A stretch of 60,466 nt of DNA. It comes from Gemmatimonadaceae bacterium. GTDB lineage: Bacteria; Gemmatimonadota; Gemmatimonadetes; Gemmatimonadales; Gemmatimonadaceae. The DNA lies in contig JBGAJQ010000028.1 in assembly GCA_044224875.1 (NCBI GenBank), forward strand, positions 1 to 60,466, written 5' to 3'. A program made the translations under genes and the position numbers. Shown here piece by piece: positions 16,855 to 26,498 of this stretch. Positions within the stretch are counted from its first letter, which is position 1; every line of letters begins with the position of its first letter. The notes beneath the pieces were generated by a model. That model saw nothing but the letters and a program-made list of their open reading frames with translations, had not been told where the DNA came from and did no database searches.

Positions 16855-17298
16855 GTGGCACGCAAGACAGACGCTGCGGCGACGAGCGGCCGCGTGACTC
16901 GCGCTCAACTTGTCGAGGCGTTGAACGACGACCTTTCGCGCGAGTATCAGGCGATCATCGCCTACGTCACGTACTCGCAAGTCATCAAGGGGGCGCCGTA
17001 CATGCATATCGCGCGGGAGCTCGAAGTGCATGCGGGGGAAGAACTCGCGCACGCCCTGACGATTGCCAAGGCGATCGACTACCTCGGCGGCACGCCGTCA
17101 GTGGTCGCCAAGCCGGTGAAGGAATCGGATGACGCCAAGACGATGCTCCGCGCCGACCTCAACAACGAGTCCGAGACCATTCGTCAGTATCGGCGTCGCA
17201 TCCTTCAGTGCGAGGCGTTAGGTGAATTCGCGATCTCCGAACACATTCGCGAGATGAGGGCCAGGCACTTCGTTGCCAGCGACCCGCGTGACGCTTGA
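16855..17298 (+). CDS. Ferritin/bacterioferritin-like protein, C-terminus probably truncated
   Basis: LNDDLSREYQAII.Y, ELEVHAGEELAHA, ESETIRQY. The fourth-helix ExxH motif is absent after EHIRE. Confidence 0.75.
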   Translation: MARKTDAAATSGRVTRAQLVEALNDDLSREYQAIIAYVTYSQVIKGAPYMHIARELEVHAGEELAHALTIAKAIDYLGGTPSVVAKPVKESDDAKTMLRADLNNESETIRQYRRRILQCEALGEFAISEHIREMRARHFVASDPRDA

Positions 17299-17302
17299 GG
17301 CG

Positions 17303-17806
17303 CTATTCGCCAGTGAGCGACCCTGTCACGATCCCCAGTCGTTCGATTTGGCGGAGGTGGTGCTTCAGGTGTCCCACGTAGTCGGCCATGAAGTAGTCGA
17401 GCGTCGCTGGCTGATCGTTAGGTGGCTTCTGCCATGCCAGCTGGCCGAGATTGTGCCGCGCACGTGGCTGGAATCGCACGGCGTCGGGGATGCCGATCAT
17501 CACCCGGGACAGGTGCAGGTTGTAGCTCAGCCACAAGTCCAGCAGTTCGCCCCAGGGCGCCGCGATGTAGTCCTGTGCCTGGACCCATTCCACCTGCGCA
17601 TACCCGGGAAACACCATGTCATCCTGCCAGCGAATGCGCACGAACCGCTGGTGGTTGTTGGCGGCGGAGTCGATGAGGTGGCCGATGATCTCCTTGGCAC
17701 ACCATGCGTCCGGCGCCGGCCGCGTAGACGTGAGGCCCTCGTCGACGGATCGTAGGCGCTCGGTCGCCCATCGTACGGTGCGAGCGAGGTCGAGGCGATA
17801 ATCCAT
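17303..17806 (-). CDS. DinB-family protein
   Basis: WCAKEIIGHLIDSAANNHQRF, DYVGHLKHHLRQI. Confidence 0.9.
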   Translation of the reverse strand: MDYRLDLARTVRWATERLRSVDEGLTSTRPAPDAWCAKEIIGHLIDSAANNHQRFVRIRWQDDMVFPGYAQVEWVQAQDYIAAPWGELLDLWLSYNLHLSRVMIGIPDAVRFQPRARHNLGQLAWQKPPNDQPATLDYFMADYVGHLKHHLRQIERLGIVTGSLTGE

Positions 17807-17829
17807 GGCAACGCGTCGGCGATGAGAGA

Positions 17830-20800
17830 CTAGCGGCCGAATCGAAAGGGCGGCCGGCCACGAGAGTTGCGGCGGATGGCGTCCTCCGCCCGAGCGCGCT
17901 GGTCGGACACCGTGGTGTCGCCGAGTGACCACAGCTGCAACGCGCCCTCGAAGTACTGCGCGGCTTGGGCGGCGTCCCCCGACTTTTCGGCGAGCATGCC
18001 CAACGCGTACTGCGCAGGCGCGACGTACACACCCACCCAGGACGTCGGGGGAATCAGCGACCGGAGGAGCGAGCGTGCGCTGTCGGCCATCCCCGCCGCG
18101 ATCAACGACTGCGCGTATTGCCAGCGTATCGCCGGCTCTGGCGAATCATCGGTCGTATTGTCGACATGAACTCCCATGTTCCGGTATGCAGCGACGAAGT
18201 TGCGGAGCGCCGCTTGGTGATCGCCACGCCGGTTCGCGATTCGTCCCTCGATGTCTTGCGCCAAGGCCTCGCGCCAGTCGTACGGGTTGTCTCCCTGTTC
18301 AAGACCCCGAATGATCGGAACCCACAGCCGTGCCGTGTTCGTATCCCCGGCCGTGGCGTTCCACGCGCCAAGACACCAAGCGATTCCCCAGTTGATGGAC
18401 TTGACCGGTGGTGCGGTCGGTTTATCGATGCCGGCCCGCTGCGTCAGGTGCTGCAGCGCTCGGTTGGTCAGGGCGCTGTAGTTGTTGCCCGTCAAGAAGC
18501 TGACCATCACGCGCTCTGCCACGCCCGTTTGCACCGAGGGGTTCGCGAGGGGCCCGCTGGCCCACAGCGAGTCGATCGTCTTGAGTCGGCCCGCTGCGAA
18601 GTAGAGTCCGATCATCGACGTCAGACGACCGAACGGGGTGATCGTGCCCGGATTGAGGGCATCGGTGCGTTGCACCATCGCCAGCGCCCGGTCGGGGCGA
18701 TACGAGCGGAGGCGCCGGAACGTGGTAACCCACTCCACAAAGGGCAGCATCGCCAGCGTGTCAGCACTCGCGGCGAATTCTCGATCCGAGGCGAGCAGCG
18801 CGGTGTTGGCGACGATCGAGGCGCGGATGAGCGGCGTGGGAGCACTGAACAGCTTCAACCGTGCCAGCTGCTGTCGAACACGCGTCGAATCGAACGTCGA
18901 CGGGATCAGGTGAGCCTGACGGAAGAATGCCGGGACGTACGTCGAGTCGATGCGGGTGACGCGATCGGCCGCGCGGAGAATATCGGCGAATGTGGCGCCA
19001 AACTGCCAACCGTAGGCCATGGTGGCATAGGCAAGTCCTTCGGCTGCGGCAAGGTCCGTGGAGTCCCTCTGGAGGAGCGCATTCCATGCGCGTGCCGCCG
19101 CCGGTCCATCGGTCTCGATCGAGGCGCGAGTCGCCTCCAACCGCAATTTTTGCCGTTCGGTCAAGGAGTCGCTGTGCGCCGTCGCCTGGTTCACGAGTTC
19201 CCGAAGGCCAGCGAATGGCGTGAACCGCACCGACTGGACCCACGTGCGAATGAGCACCGCATCCAGGATTCCTAGCGCGAACGTCGAATCCAGCGCAATG
19301 GAGCGCGTGATGGCAGCGTCGGCCGAATCGGTCAGCCCGCGTCGCATCGCCTCACGTGCCGCCAGGTACGCCTTGAGCGCGTCCGGCGACTGTGTGAAGA
19401 CTGACTCGAGGCGCGGTACGTTCGGTTCAGTTGAACCTGTCCAGACGCCCTTCAGGATGGACACGGCGGTGCGCTGCGCCAGCTGTGTCACGCTGTCGGC
19501 TGGTCCGGACTCGCGCACGGTGGCCACGGGCTCCGGTCGCCCCACATCGTAGATCCGCAGCGTGAGGTCCAAGCGGGCACCGCTCTGCATGACCGTGCCG
19601 AGCACATAACGACTGACACCGGCGCGTCGGGCGAGCCGTTCTCCTTCCGCAGGGTCGGGGCTGTGCGCAGGCTGGTTGGCGGATGCCCGAAGGGGTCGCC
19701 AGAGCGCCCAGGGATCAGCGACACGGACACCGGGCGTGCCGTCGAGGTAAGTGGACAACAGGTCGGGAAGCGCCTCGGACCACTCATGACCTCCATCCAA
19801 GGGACGGAAGGGCATGACACCGAGTCCGATTCGTTGGTCGCCAGATGCAATAAGCCCGGTGCGGCCATCCATCAGAAGCCAGACCGCAACCGCGACCACA
19901 GCGGCGGCGGCGGCGATCATCCAGCGGGCGGCTCGTCTGGGCGGAGGACTCCCGGCGCCGGCACCAGCCGCCACCCCGGCACCACTCAGCGCGTCGGTGA
20001 GCGCCGCAATGAAGGCGCCGGCCGATTCAAAGCGGTCCGCAGGAGTCTTGGCGAGGGCCCGCTCCATGACCCCTTTCACACTGGGTGGGAGCGCAGGGCG
20101 CAGGATCGTCAGGTCCGGGACCGGGGCATGGAGGTGCTTGGCCCCGACTGATCGCGGCGTGTCGCCCGGGTACGGCACCTCGCCCGTCAGCATCTCGTAG
20201 ACCACGCACCCTAACGAATAGATGTCGCTCCGCCCATCGATCACTTCAGCGCCGCCGGCCTGCTCGGGGCTCATGTATGCCGGCGTGCCGACGGACACAC
20301 CGCGCTCGGTGACTCGGATGTTGCCCTTGGAGGTAAGGGCAAGGGCAATCCCGAAATCGGCGACCAGGGCGTGCTGCCCGCTCAGCAGGATGTTCTGCGG
20401 TTTGACGTCGCGATGGACGATGCCGCGGGCGTGGGCGGCATCGAGCGCCTCCGCGACGTCTCGCGCGATACCCAGGGTCTCCGCGAGCGAGAGCGCGCCT
20501 TGCGCGTCCAGGTGATGCCGCAACGACTCCCCGTCGATGAATGGCATCACGTAGAAGAGTGTGCCGTCAGCCTCACCCGAGTCGATCAACGGTACGACAT
20601 ACGGATGTCGGAGCTGGGCGATGATCGCCACCTCGCGGGCGAAGCGGGCGCGCTGGCTCTCCGCGGTATGGTCCTGGCGGATCACCTTGATCGCGACGGG
20701 TCGGTCGTGACGGACGTCGCGGGCCAGGTAGACGACGGCATTCCCGCCGCTGCCGATCTCGCGTTCGATCGTATAGCGCCCCGCCAATGTCGCGGCGACG

Positions 20801-21084
20801 CGGGCCACCGCGCGCGCGAGCTCGGCGTCGTCCGCGGCGTCGACTTCGCGCACCAGCTGGTCCGCGTACCGAGCGGCTGGGTCGCCCAGGAAGGCATCGT
20901 GCTGTTCGGCCTGTTCACAGGCCGCGAGCAAACGTCGGGCGGTATCCAGGAACGCGGCGTCGCCGGCGGATTCCGCGATCAGGTAGGCGTCGCGACCGCT
21001 TGCCGGCAGCTCCAACGCCTGCTCCACCAGGCGCAACGCACGGCGCTCGCCCTCGGGTTCGTCGGTGCGTCGGGGATCGGTCAT
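17830..21084 (-). CDS. Hanks-type Ser/Thr kinase with TM segment and TolB-like/TPR C-terminal region
   Basis: GSGGNAVVY, VAIK, HRDVKPQN, DFG, GTPAYMSPEQ; TM segment; helical repeats. Confidence 0.93.
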   Translation of the reverse strand: MTDPRRTDEPEGERRALRLVEQALELPASGRDAYLIAESAGDAAFLDTARRLLAACEQAEQHDAFLGDPAARYADQLVREVDAADDAELARAVARVAATLAGRYTIEREIGSGGNAVVYLARDVRHDRPVAIKVIRQDHTAESQRARFAREVAIIAQLRHPYVVPLIDSGEADGTLFYVMPFIDGESLRHHLDAQGALSLAETLGIARDVAEALDAAHARGIVHRDVKPQNILLSGQHALVADFGIALALTSKGNIRVTERGVSVGTPAYMSPEQAGGAEVIDGRSDIYSLGCVVYEMLTGEVPYPGDTPRSVGAKHLHAPVPDLTILRPALPPSVKGVMERALAKTPADRFESAGAFIAALTDALSGAGVAAGAGAGSPPPRRAARWMIAAAAAVVAVAVWLLMDGRTGLIASGDQRIGLGVMPFRPLDGGHEWSEALPDLLSTYLDGTPGVRVADPWALWRPLRASANQPAHSPDPAEGERLARRAGVSRYVLGTVMQSGARLDLTLRIYDVGRPEPVATVRESGPADSVTQLAQRTAVSILKGVWTGSTEPNVPRLESVFTQSPDALKAYLAAREAMRRGLTDSADAAITRSIALDSTFALGILDAVLIRTWVQSVRFTPFAGLRELVNQATAHSDSLTERQKLRLEATRASIETDGPAAARAWNALLQRDSTDLAAAEGLAYATMAYGWQFGATFADILRAADRVTRIDSTYVPAFFRQAHLIPSTFDSTRVRQQLARLKLFSAPTPLIRASIVANTALLASDREFAASADTLAMLPFVEWVTTFRRLRSYRPDRALAMVQRTDALNPGTITPFGRLTSMIGLYFAAGRLKTIDSLWASGPLANPSVQTGVAERVMVSFLTGNNYSALTNRALQHLTQRAGIDKPTAPPVKSINWGIAWCLGAWNATAGDTNTARLWVPIIRGLEQGDNPYDWREALAQDIEGRIANRRGDHQAALRNFVAAYRNMGVHVDNTTDDSPEPAIRWQYAQSLIAAGMADSARSLLRSLIPPTSWVGVYVAPAQYALGMLAEKSGDAAQAAQYFEGALQLWSLGDTTVSDQRARAEDAIRRNSRGRPPFRFGR

Positions 21085-21350
21085 GGTACCTGATGGACTC
21101 CCGTGGTCATGCCCGGAAAGGCCGCCGTGCGTCGGGTCGCCCAATCCGCAGTCGCACGCTTGCCGCGATTCGCCTCGGCGAGTCACGGACTCCGCGAACG
21201 TAGCGGCGGTAACCTGCGGCGGGCAAGAGGGCGGAGCGTTGGTTGGACGCGCAACGGTGGCCGGGAAATCCGGACCAACTGGCTCGCCTTCACGACTTCC
21301 GCACAACCCACCTCTCCCAAGCCGCGCCGGCCCCTTGCCACATTTCCCCA

Positions 21351-21797
21351 ATGCGTCGTTTGACGGGGAACACGTCCGCGGTCATGTGGCTCCAGCTGCT
21401 CCTGGTGGGTGGGCTGGCCACGAGTGCCGTGGCGCTGATCGAGGTCTTCCGGGCGTCGACGTCCAGCCACACGGTGGCTCAGCGTACCCTTCGCGACTAC
21501 GCCAATTTCGCGGCGTGGAGCGTTCAGGATCACCTGGTAGTGAAGCTCCGCGACGCGATCGATGAGGTCCTGGGACCGGTCAATCACGGCGACGGGCTGC
21601 ACACCGCGATGAGGGTACCAAGCGCCGGCAGTCTCGGACACTATTTTCAGTGGTCGGACCGTTGCGCCTGTCACCGGCCAAAGCGCGGACCCCTACCCCG
21701 GCGTTTTCTCGGCTTCACCCTTGGGACAGACACGCTGTCCGTCGGCGTGAACTATGCCGCCTGGCGCCGTCGCCTTCCATGCTCGCACGGCCCGTGA
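21351..21797 (+). pseudogene. Probable N-terminal remnant of a membrane sensor histidine kinase
   Basis: TM helix then SHTVAQRTLRDYANFAAW and a partial sensor domain; ends with no second TM, H-box or ATPase domain. Confidence 0.55.
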
Positions 21798-21885
21798 CCT
21801 CGCCCGGAAAGCACGCACATACAAGCGAGCACGCGAGAACTTGGCGACGTTGGCGTTCGAACCTGCACGGGTGGTCAGTGGCGCG

Positions 21886-22959
21886 TTAGGCGGATACCGT
21901 GGGCGGAGCCTCTGACGCCGTCCGCGACGACGAGATGCCACACGTCGGGCAATACTGGTAGAACGCGTTCTTGTGCGTGCCACACGCCGAGCAGTCATCG
22001 TACAACTTCATCCCGCAATGGACGCAGAAGTTGCTCGAGCCGGGGGGTGACCCGGGAACGGGGCGGTCGCAGCCGGGACAGAGGTTGAGGCTCATCTTCT
22101 TCATCGCCTCCTCGTACCCCAACGCCTGTCGGCGTTCGTCCTCCGTCTTCTGTTCCGCCACCGCTCGCTTGGCGACGTAGCGCTGCATGGCGCGGATGAC
22201 GTAGTGGCCGGCCACGGCGGTCAGCGCGATCCCCACCGCGTAGCGCACGTATCCGCCGTAGCTCGGAAGGTACGGCACCAGCTCAAAGAAGAATGCGAAG
22301 AGCGCAAAGAGGATGAAGCCGCGAGCCAGCGGCCAGTACTGACTCTTGCGCTTGCGCATCATCAGCCACCATCCGACGATCAGGAGTGGCAGCGTGATCG
22401 TGAGACGGACGCCAAAGACGCGGAGCTCCTGGCGGAACAGCGCCCGTTGGTAGGTCCCCTGCGCGCCATCCTCGAGTTGCTGTCGCTCGGTCGCCAGGCG
22501 TTGCAGTGCCTGCGACAGCTGCAACTGCCGCGCGTCGATTCCCTCGACGACGGCCTGCGCCTTCCGCTCGTCCTCCTGTAACCCGTCGAGTTCCCGGGTC
22601 CGGCGGATTACTTCGGGGTCCTGCTGGGGATCCGTCGTCGCGGTCCGAGTGGCGATCCAGTTGTCGAAGGCCGCACGCTTGGACTGGTACGCGTTTGAGC
22701 TCGCGGTCAGGGCAAGGCTGGCCCGCTCCCGTTCGGCCATCACTTCCGACTGCAGTTTCTCCAGCGAGTCCGTCGACGTCCGCAGCCGTGCCAAAGCTCC
22801 CGCGTCGATGAACTGTTCCAGCGTGACGTTCTGGTCCACGCCAGGCAGGTCGGCGACCAGCTTGCCGCCCAGCCCAATCAGGAAGGACGCGAACACCAAC
22901 GTGACGGCCCACGTGGCGATGGAGAAGAGGCGCTCGGGGGCGCGCAGACTCTTGAACAT
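21886..22959 (-). CDS. Membrane protein with coiled coil and C-terminal zinc-ribbon domain
   Basis: N-terminal TM, long coiled coil, three further TMs, then CPGC, CVHC, CSAC, CPTC. Confidence 0.85.
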   Translation of the reverse strand: MFKSLRAPERLFSIATWAVTLVFASFLIGLGGKLVADLPGVDQNVTLEQFIDAGALARLRTSTDSLEKLQSEVMAERERASLALTASSNAYQSKRAAFDNWIATRTATTDPQQDPEVIRRTRELDGLQEDERKAQAVVEGIDARQLQLSQALQRLATERQQLEDGAQGTYQRALFRQELRVFGVRLTITLPLLIVGWWLMMRKRKSQYWPLARGFILFALFAFFFELVPYLPSYGGYVRYAVGIALTAVAGHYVIRAMQRYVAKRAVAEQKTEDERRQALGYEEAMKKMSLNLCPGCDRPVPGSPPGSSNFCVHCGMKLYDDCSACGTHKNAFYQYCPTCGISSSRTASEAPPTVSA

Positions 22960-23105
22960 GATGGAGTGCGTGAACGGAGAACCAAAGCCGTCCGCCGCGT
23001 GGAAGGCGCGCGGCGCTTGGCCGGGAGTCCAGCTAGGTCTGTGTCGTGAAGGCTAGTTGCCTCTCACACGGCGGATACGCTGCCTCAGCGGCGCCGGCGC
23101 CGAGC

Positions 23106-25064
23106 CTAACACGACTTGCACTTGTGGTTGTTCTTGGCGCCAAGCTTCTCCAACAGGGCGACCGTGTCAAGGAACGGGGGAATGCGTTGGACGGGGCCAT
23201 TGGCCATGTCCGCGGTGGATTGCCCCTTCCGACTCACTGCCATCACGTCACTCCCCTTCGACACGAGGTACTGAATCAACTCGTTGTCACCGCGGGCGGC
23301 CGCGTGATGAATCGGGTTGTAGCCGTTGAAGTCGCGCGCGTTCACGTCGGCGTGCAGCTCCTCCACCAGGTACTTCACGGCAGGCATCCACCCGTCGGGC
23401 ACATGCCGGTGTGCGTTGGCGGCGTATCCTTCACCGTACCCGACGCCTGACGCGGCATGGATCGGGTACACCCCGGGACCGCCATCGGCGATGGGAGGCA
23501 ACCCGGAGGGGTCCTTCCCGGTCCCGCCGGCTTCCGGTGGCGAGTCGTCATCGTTGCGCTGCCTGCCGGACGGCTTTCGCGTCGGGATGTTGGGGTCGGC
23601 GCCGTGGGCCATCAGCAGCTTCATCGCGGCGACGTCGGTGCCATAGGCGGCGCGCCAGAACGGCGTCGCACCATCGGTGTTCACGCCTAACAAGTCGAAG
23701 TTGTACGACATGTACCACAGGTGCTTGGACAGGCGTGCGTTCGGGTCGGCCCCAGCCTTCAGGAGCGCGGTCATCAGCTCGAGATAGTCAGTCTGCTGCT
23801 GCGTCTGCGCCGTTGGCTGCGGATAGAGTGACTTGGCGGCCCATTGCACGTTGATGGTCGCGTAGAGCGGCGTGGCGCCGGCATCGCTGGCCAGGCGTAC
23901 GTTGGCGCCCCGTGCCAGGAGTTGCTTCGCCAGGTCAAACTGCCCGTTGATCGTCGCCATCAGGAGCGGGCTGGTGTGATCCCCGGCGCTCACCTGGTTG
24001 ATGTCCGCCCCGGCATCGAGCAGCGCCAGCGCCGCTTCCGCATTCCCCTGGCGCACGGCGAACAGCAGCGGCGTCAGTCCCCCCTTGTTCCCCACCAAGT
24101 CGCCATACGACCCGCCCGAATTGATCACTCGCTGGGAGTCGGCCTTGGTCGCCGGTTTCTTCGCCGCCGAGTCCCGCGAGGCCGCGTGCGCCACCGAGTC
24201 TTCGGCCGGACGCCCGCCCACCGAGTCCGTAGCGCTCACCGACTTGGCCGTCCCGCCCTTCCCCGGCGCGTCCTTTGCCCCCGTGCCCTTCTTTGCCGGT
24301 GCCGGGTAGCTCGCGGAGTCCCTGGCCAATCCACCCTTGACGGCAGAATCCTTCGGTACGTTGGAGCTGTCGGCACCCTTCGCCACGGCCTTCTCGGCGG
24401 CCTTCAGGGCCGCCAGACGCCGCGCCCGTAGCGTCAGCGCTTGGCGCTCTGCCTTCTCCAGGGCGGCGACGTCCTCGATCTTCGACGTTGCCGCAAGGTC
24501 GGCGCCCTTGGCGATGAGCACCTTCATCGCCGGCACCCGGTTGTACGCCGCTGCCCACATCACTGGTGTCTGTTGGAACGCACTGTCGCGTGCGTTCACG
24601 GCGGCGCCATGGGCGAGAAGCGCCGCGACGGCGTCGGCACTGCCTTGCCCCGCTGCCAGGTGCAACGCCGTAGCGCCCCCGGAGGTCGTCGGGGCATTCA
24701 CGTTGGCCCCGGCGTCCAGCAGCACATTGAGGACGCTGGTCTGGCCGGCGCGCGCCGCCAGGTGCAAAGGCGTATAGCTGCCGTTCCGCGTGGAGGCGTC
24801 GAGCCTAGCGCCGGCGGTAATGAGCATCCGCGCCTGCCCAGCGTCGCCGAGGCTGGCCGCCCAGTGGAGCGCGGTCATGCCATCACCTTGCGCGGCGTTG
24901 ACGTCGGCGCCCTGCTTGAGCAGCAGGCGGACCCTGGCCGTGTCCCGATGCATGGCGGCATCGGCGACCGGCGCGTCGGTTGGGCCACCGACCCGGGTTG
25001 CGGCGACGCTCCCCAGAAGGACCACACCCAGCAGAAGTCCGGTGCGCGCGGCGCGTGGCATCAT
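23106..25064 (-). CDS. Secreted ankyrin-repeat protein
   Basis: Signal peptide; many G.TALH.AA...LL..GADVN repeats; low-complexity linker; ends CKSC. Confidence 0.92.
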   Translation of the reverse strand: MMPRAARTGLLLGVVLLGSVAATRVGGPTDAPVADAAMHRDTARVRLLLKQGADVNAAQGDGMTALHWAASLGDAGQARMLITAGARLDASTRNGSYTPLHLAARAGQTSVLNVLLDAGANVNAPTTSGGATALHLAAGQGSADAVAALLAHGAAVNARDSAFQQTPVMWAAAYNRVPAMKVLIAKGADLAATSKIEDVAALEKAERQALTLRARRLAALKAAEKAVAKGADSSNVPKDSAVKGGLARDSASYPAPAKKGTGAKDAPGKGGTAKSVSATDSVGGRPAEDSVAHAASRDSAAKKPATKADSQRVINSGGSYGDLVGNKGGLTPLLFAVRQGNAEAALALLDAGADINQVSAGDHTSPLLMATINGQFDLAKQLLARGANVRLASDAGATPLYATINVQWAAKSLYPQPTAQTQQQTDYLELMTALLKAGADPNARLSKHLWYMSYNFDLLGVNTDGATPFWRAAYGTDVAAMKLLMAHGADPNIPTRKPSGRQRNDDDSPPEAGGTGKDPSGLPPIADGGPGVYPIHAASGVGYGEGYAANAHRHVPDGWMPAVKYLVEELHADVNARDFNGYNPIHHAAARGDNELIQYLVSKGSDVMAVSRKGQSTADMANGPVQRIPPFLDTVALLEKLGAKNNHKCKSC

Positions 25065-26485
25065 GGCGACTCCGATCCCGGTGTGGTGCGCGACGCGTCC
25101 GCGGCGCGCAGCGACATGGCGCCCGTGCTGTCCCCAAAGACCTTCGTGTCGTCCATGCCTAACGTATGCATCACGCTCAACATGGCGTTGGCCATGGGCG
25201 TCCCGTCGGCGGCCTTCAGGTGCACGTTGCCGTCCAACTTGCCGTTCGCCTTGCCCACCAGGAACAGCGGGCACCGGCGGTGGTTGTGCACGTTGGAATC
25301 GCCCATCGGCGAACCGTACATGATGAGCGTCTTGTCCAGGAGGTTGGCGTCTCCCTCGCTGATCCCCTTCAACTTGTCGAGGAAGTAGGGCAGCATGCTC
25401 ACATGGTACTTGTTGATCAGGAAGAAGTCCTTCACGCCCTTCTCCGTGCCCCCGTGGTGCGACGCGGGGTGGAACGGCTTGTCGGTGCCGCTCTCCGGGT
25501 ACGTCCGGCTCGAACCGTCGCGCCCCATCTTGAACGAGAAGACGCGGGTGATGTCCGCCGCGAAGGCGAGTGCCTGGATGTCGAACATCAACGCCACATG
25601 TTCCTGGAAGGAATCGGGGACGCCAGCTGGCGCCTCTGGCAAGTCCCGCGGCTCCCCGCTGGTATTCCGGGCCTCGATGCGTTGGATGCGCCGCTCGACC
25701 TCGCGAATGTCGTCGAGGTACCGATCCATGCGCATTCGGTCATCGGGACCTAACGACCGCTTCAGCGAGTTCATCTCGGTCGCCACGAAGTCCAGGATGC
25801 TGCGACGCGTTCGACGGCGTTGCAGCCGCTCCTCCGGCGAGCCGCCCACCCCAAACAGCTTCTCGAACGCCACGCGCGGATCCCGGATCACCGGGAGCGG
25901 CTCGGTCGGCGACGCCCAGCTGATCGAGTCCGTGTACACGCACGCATACCCGTAGGCGCACCCGCCGGCCTGGTCCACGTTCTCGATGCACAGCTGCATC
26001 GAGGGAATCGGCGTCTCCTGTCCATAGCGCTGCGCGTACAGCTGGTCCAGCGACGTACCGACCTTGACGTCCGAGCCTTCGGTCTGCTTCGGGTGCGACT
26101 GCGTCAGGTACACTGCGCTGGACCGGAAGTGATCGCCGCCGATCTCCTTTGGCGTCGTCGGCTCGGCTTCACGGACGTCGGTGTTGGAGATGATCGTGAG
26201 GTAGTCGCGGTACGGCTCCAGCGAGGTCAGCGCCGTCGAGCCCAAGTTGAACGCCCGGCCGGCCTCCTTGGGCGACCACAGGTTGAGCGTGGCGCCCAAC
26301 TCGTTGCAACCGGCGGCGCCATGCACCATTTCGATCGCCACCAGGCGTGTGCGGTCGGTCGCCGCATACCGCGCCGCGCCGCGCCCCGTCGGGAGCATCG
26401 CGTCCAGGTACGGAAGCGCGAACGAGGCGCCCAACCCCTGGATGAAGGTACGCCGCGGCAGCGGCTTGCCCGTCAGGAAGTGCAT
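25061..26485 (-). CDS. DUF1552 protein (Tat-type signal)
   Basis: PRRTFIQGLG..FALPYLDAM, SLDQLYA, CAYGYACVYTDSISW, H..SHH, YGSPMGDSNVH. Confidence 0.9.
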   Translation of the reverse strand: MHFLTGKPLPRRTFIQGLGASFALPYLDAMLPTGRGAARYAATDRTRLVAIEMVHGAAGCNELGATLNLWSPKEAGRAFNLGSTALTSLEPYRDYLTIISNTDVREAEPTTPKEIGGDHFRSSAVYLTQSHPKQTEGSDVKVGTSLDQLYAQRYGQETPIPSMQLCIENVDQAGGCAYGYACVYTDSISWASPTEPLPVIRDPRVAFEKLFGVGGSPEERLQRRRTRRSILDFVATEMNSLKRSLGPDDRMRMDRYLDDIREVERRIQRIEARNTSGEPRDLPEAPAGVPDSFQEHVALMFDIQALAFAADITRVFSFKMGRDGSSRTYPESGTDKPFHPASHHGGTEKGVKDFFLINKYHVSMLPYFLDKLKGISEGDANLLDKTLIMYGSPMGDSNVHNHRRCPLFLVGKANGKLDGNVHLKAADGTPMANAMLSVMHTLGMDDTKVFGDSTGAMSLRAADASRTTPGSESP

Positions 26486-26498
26486 CTCATGTCCCTCG

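Noticed and set aside
16812..16920. 5' echo upstream of the ferritin-like gene
   Set aside because: Short gapped similarity (CGGCGACG...ACTC), too weak to call without statistics.
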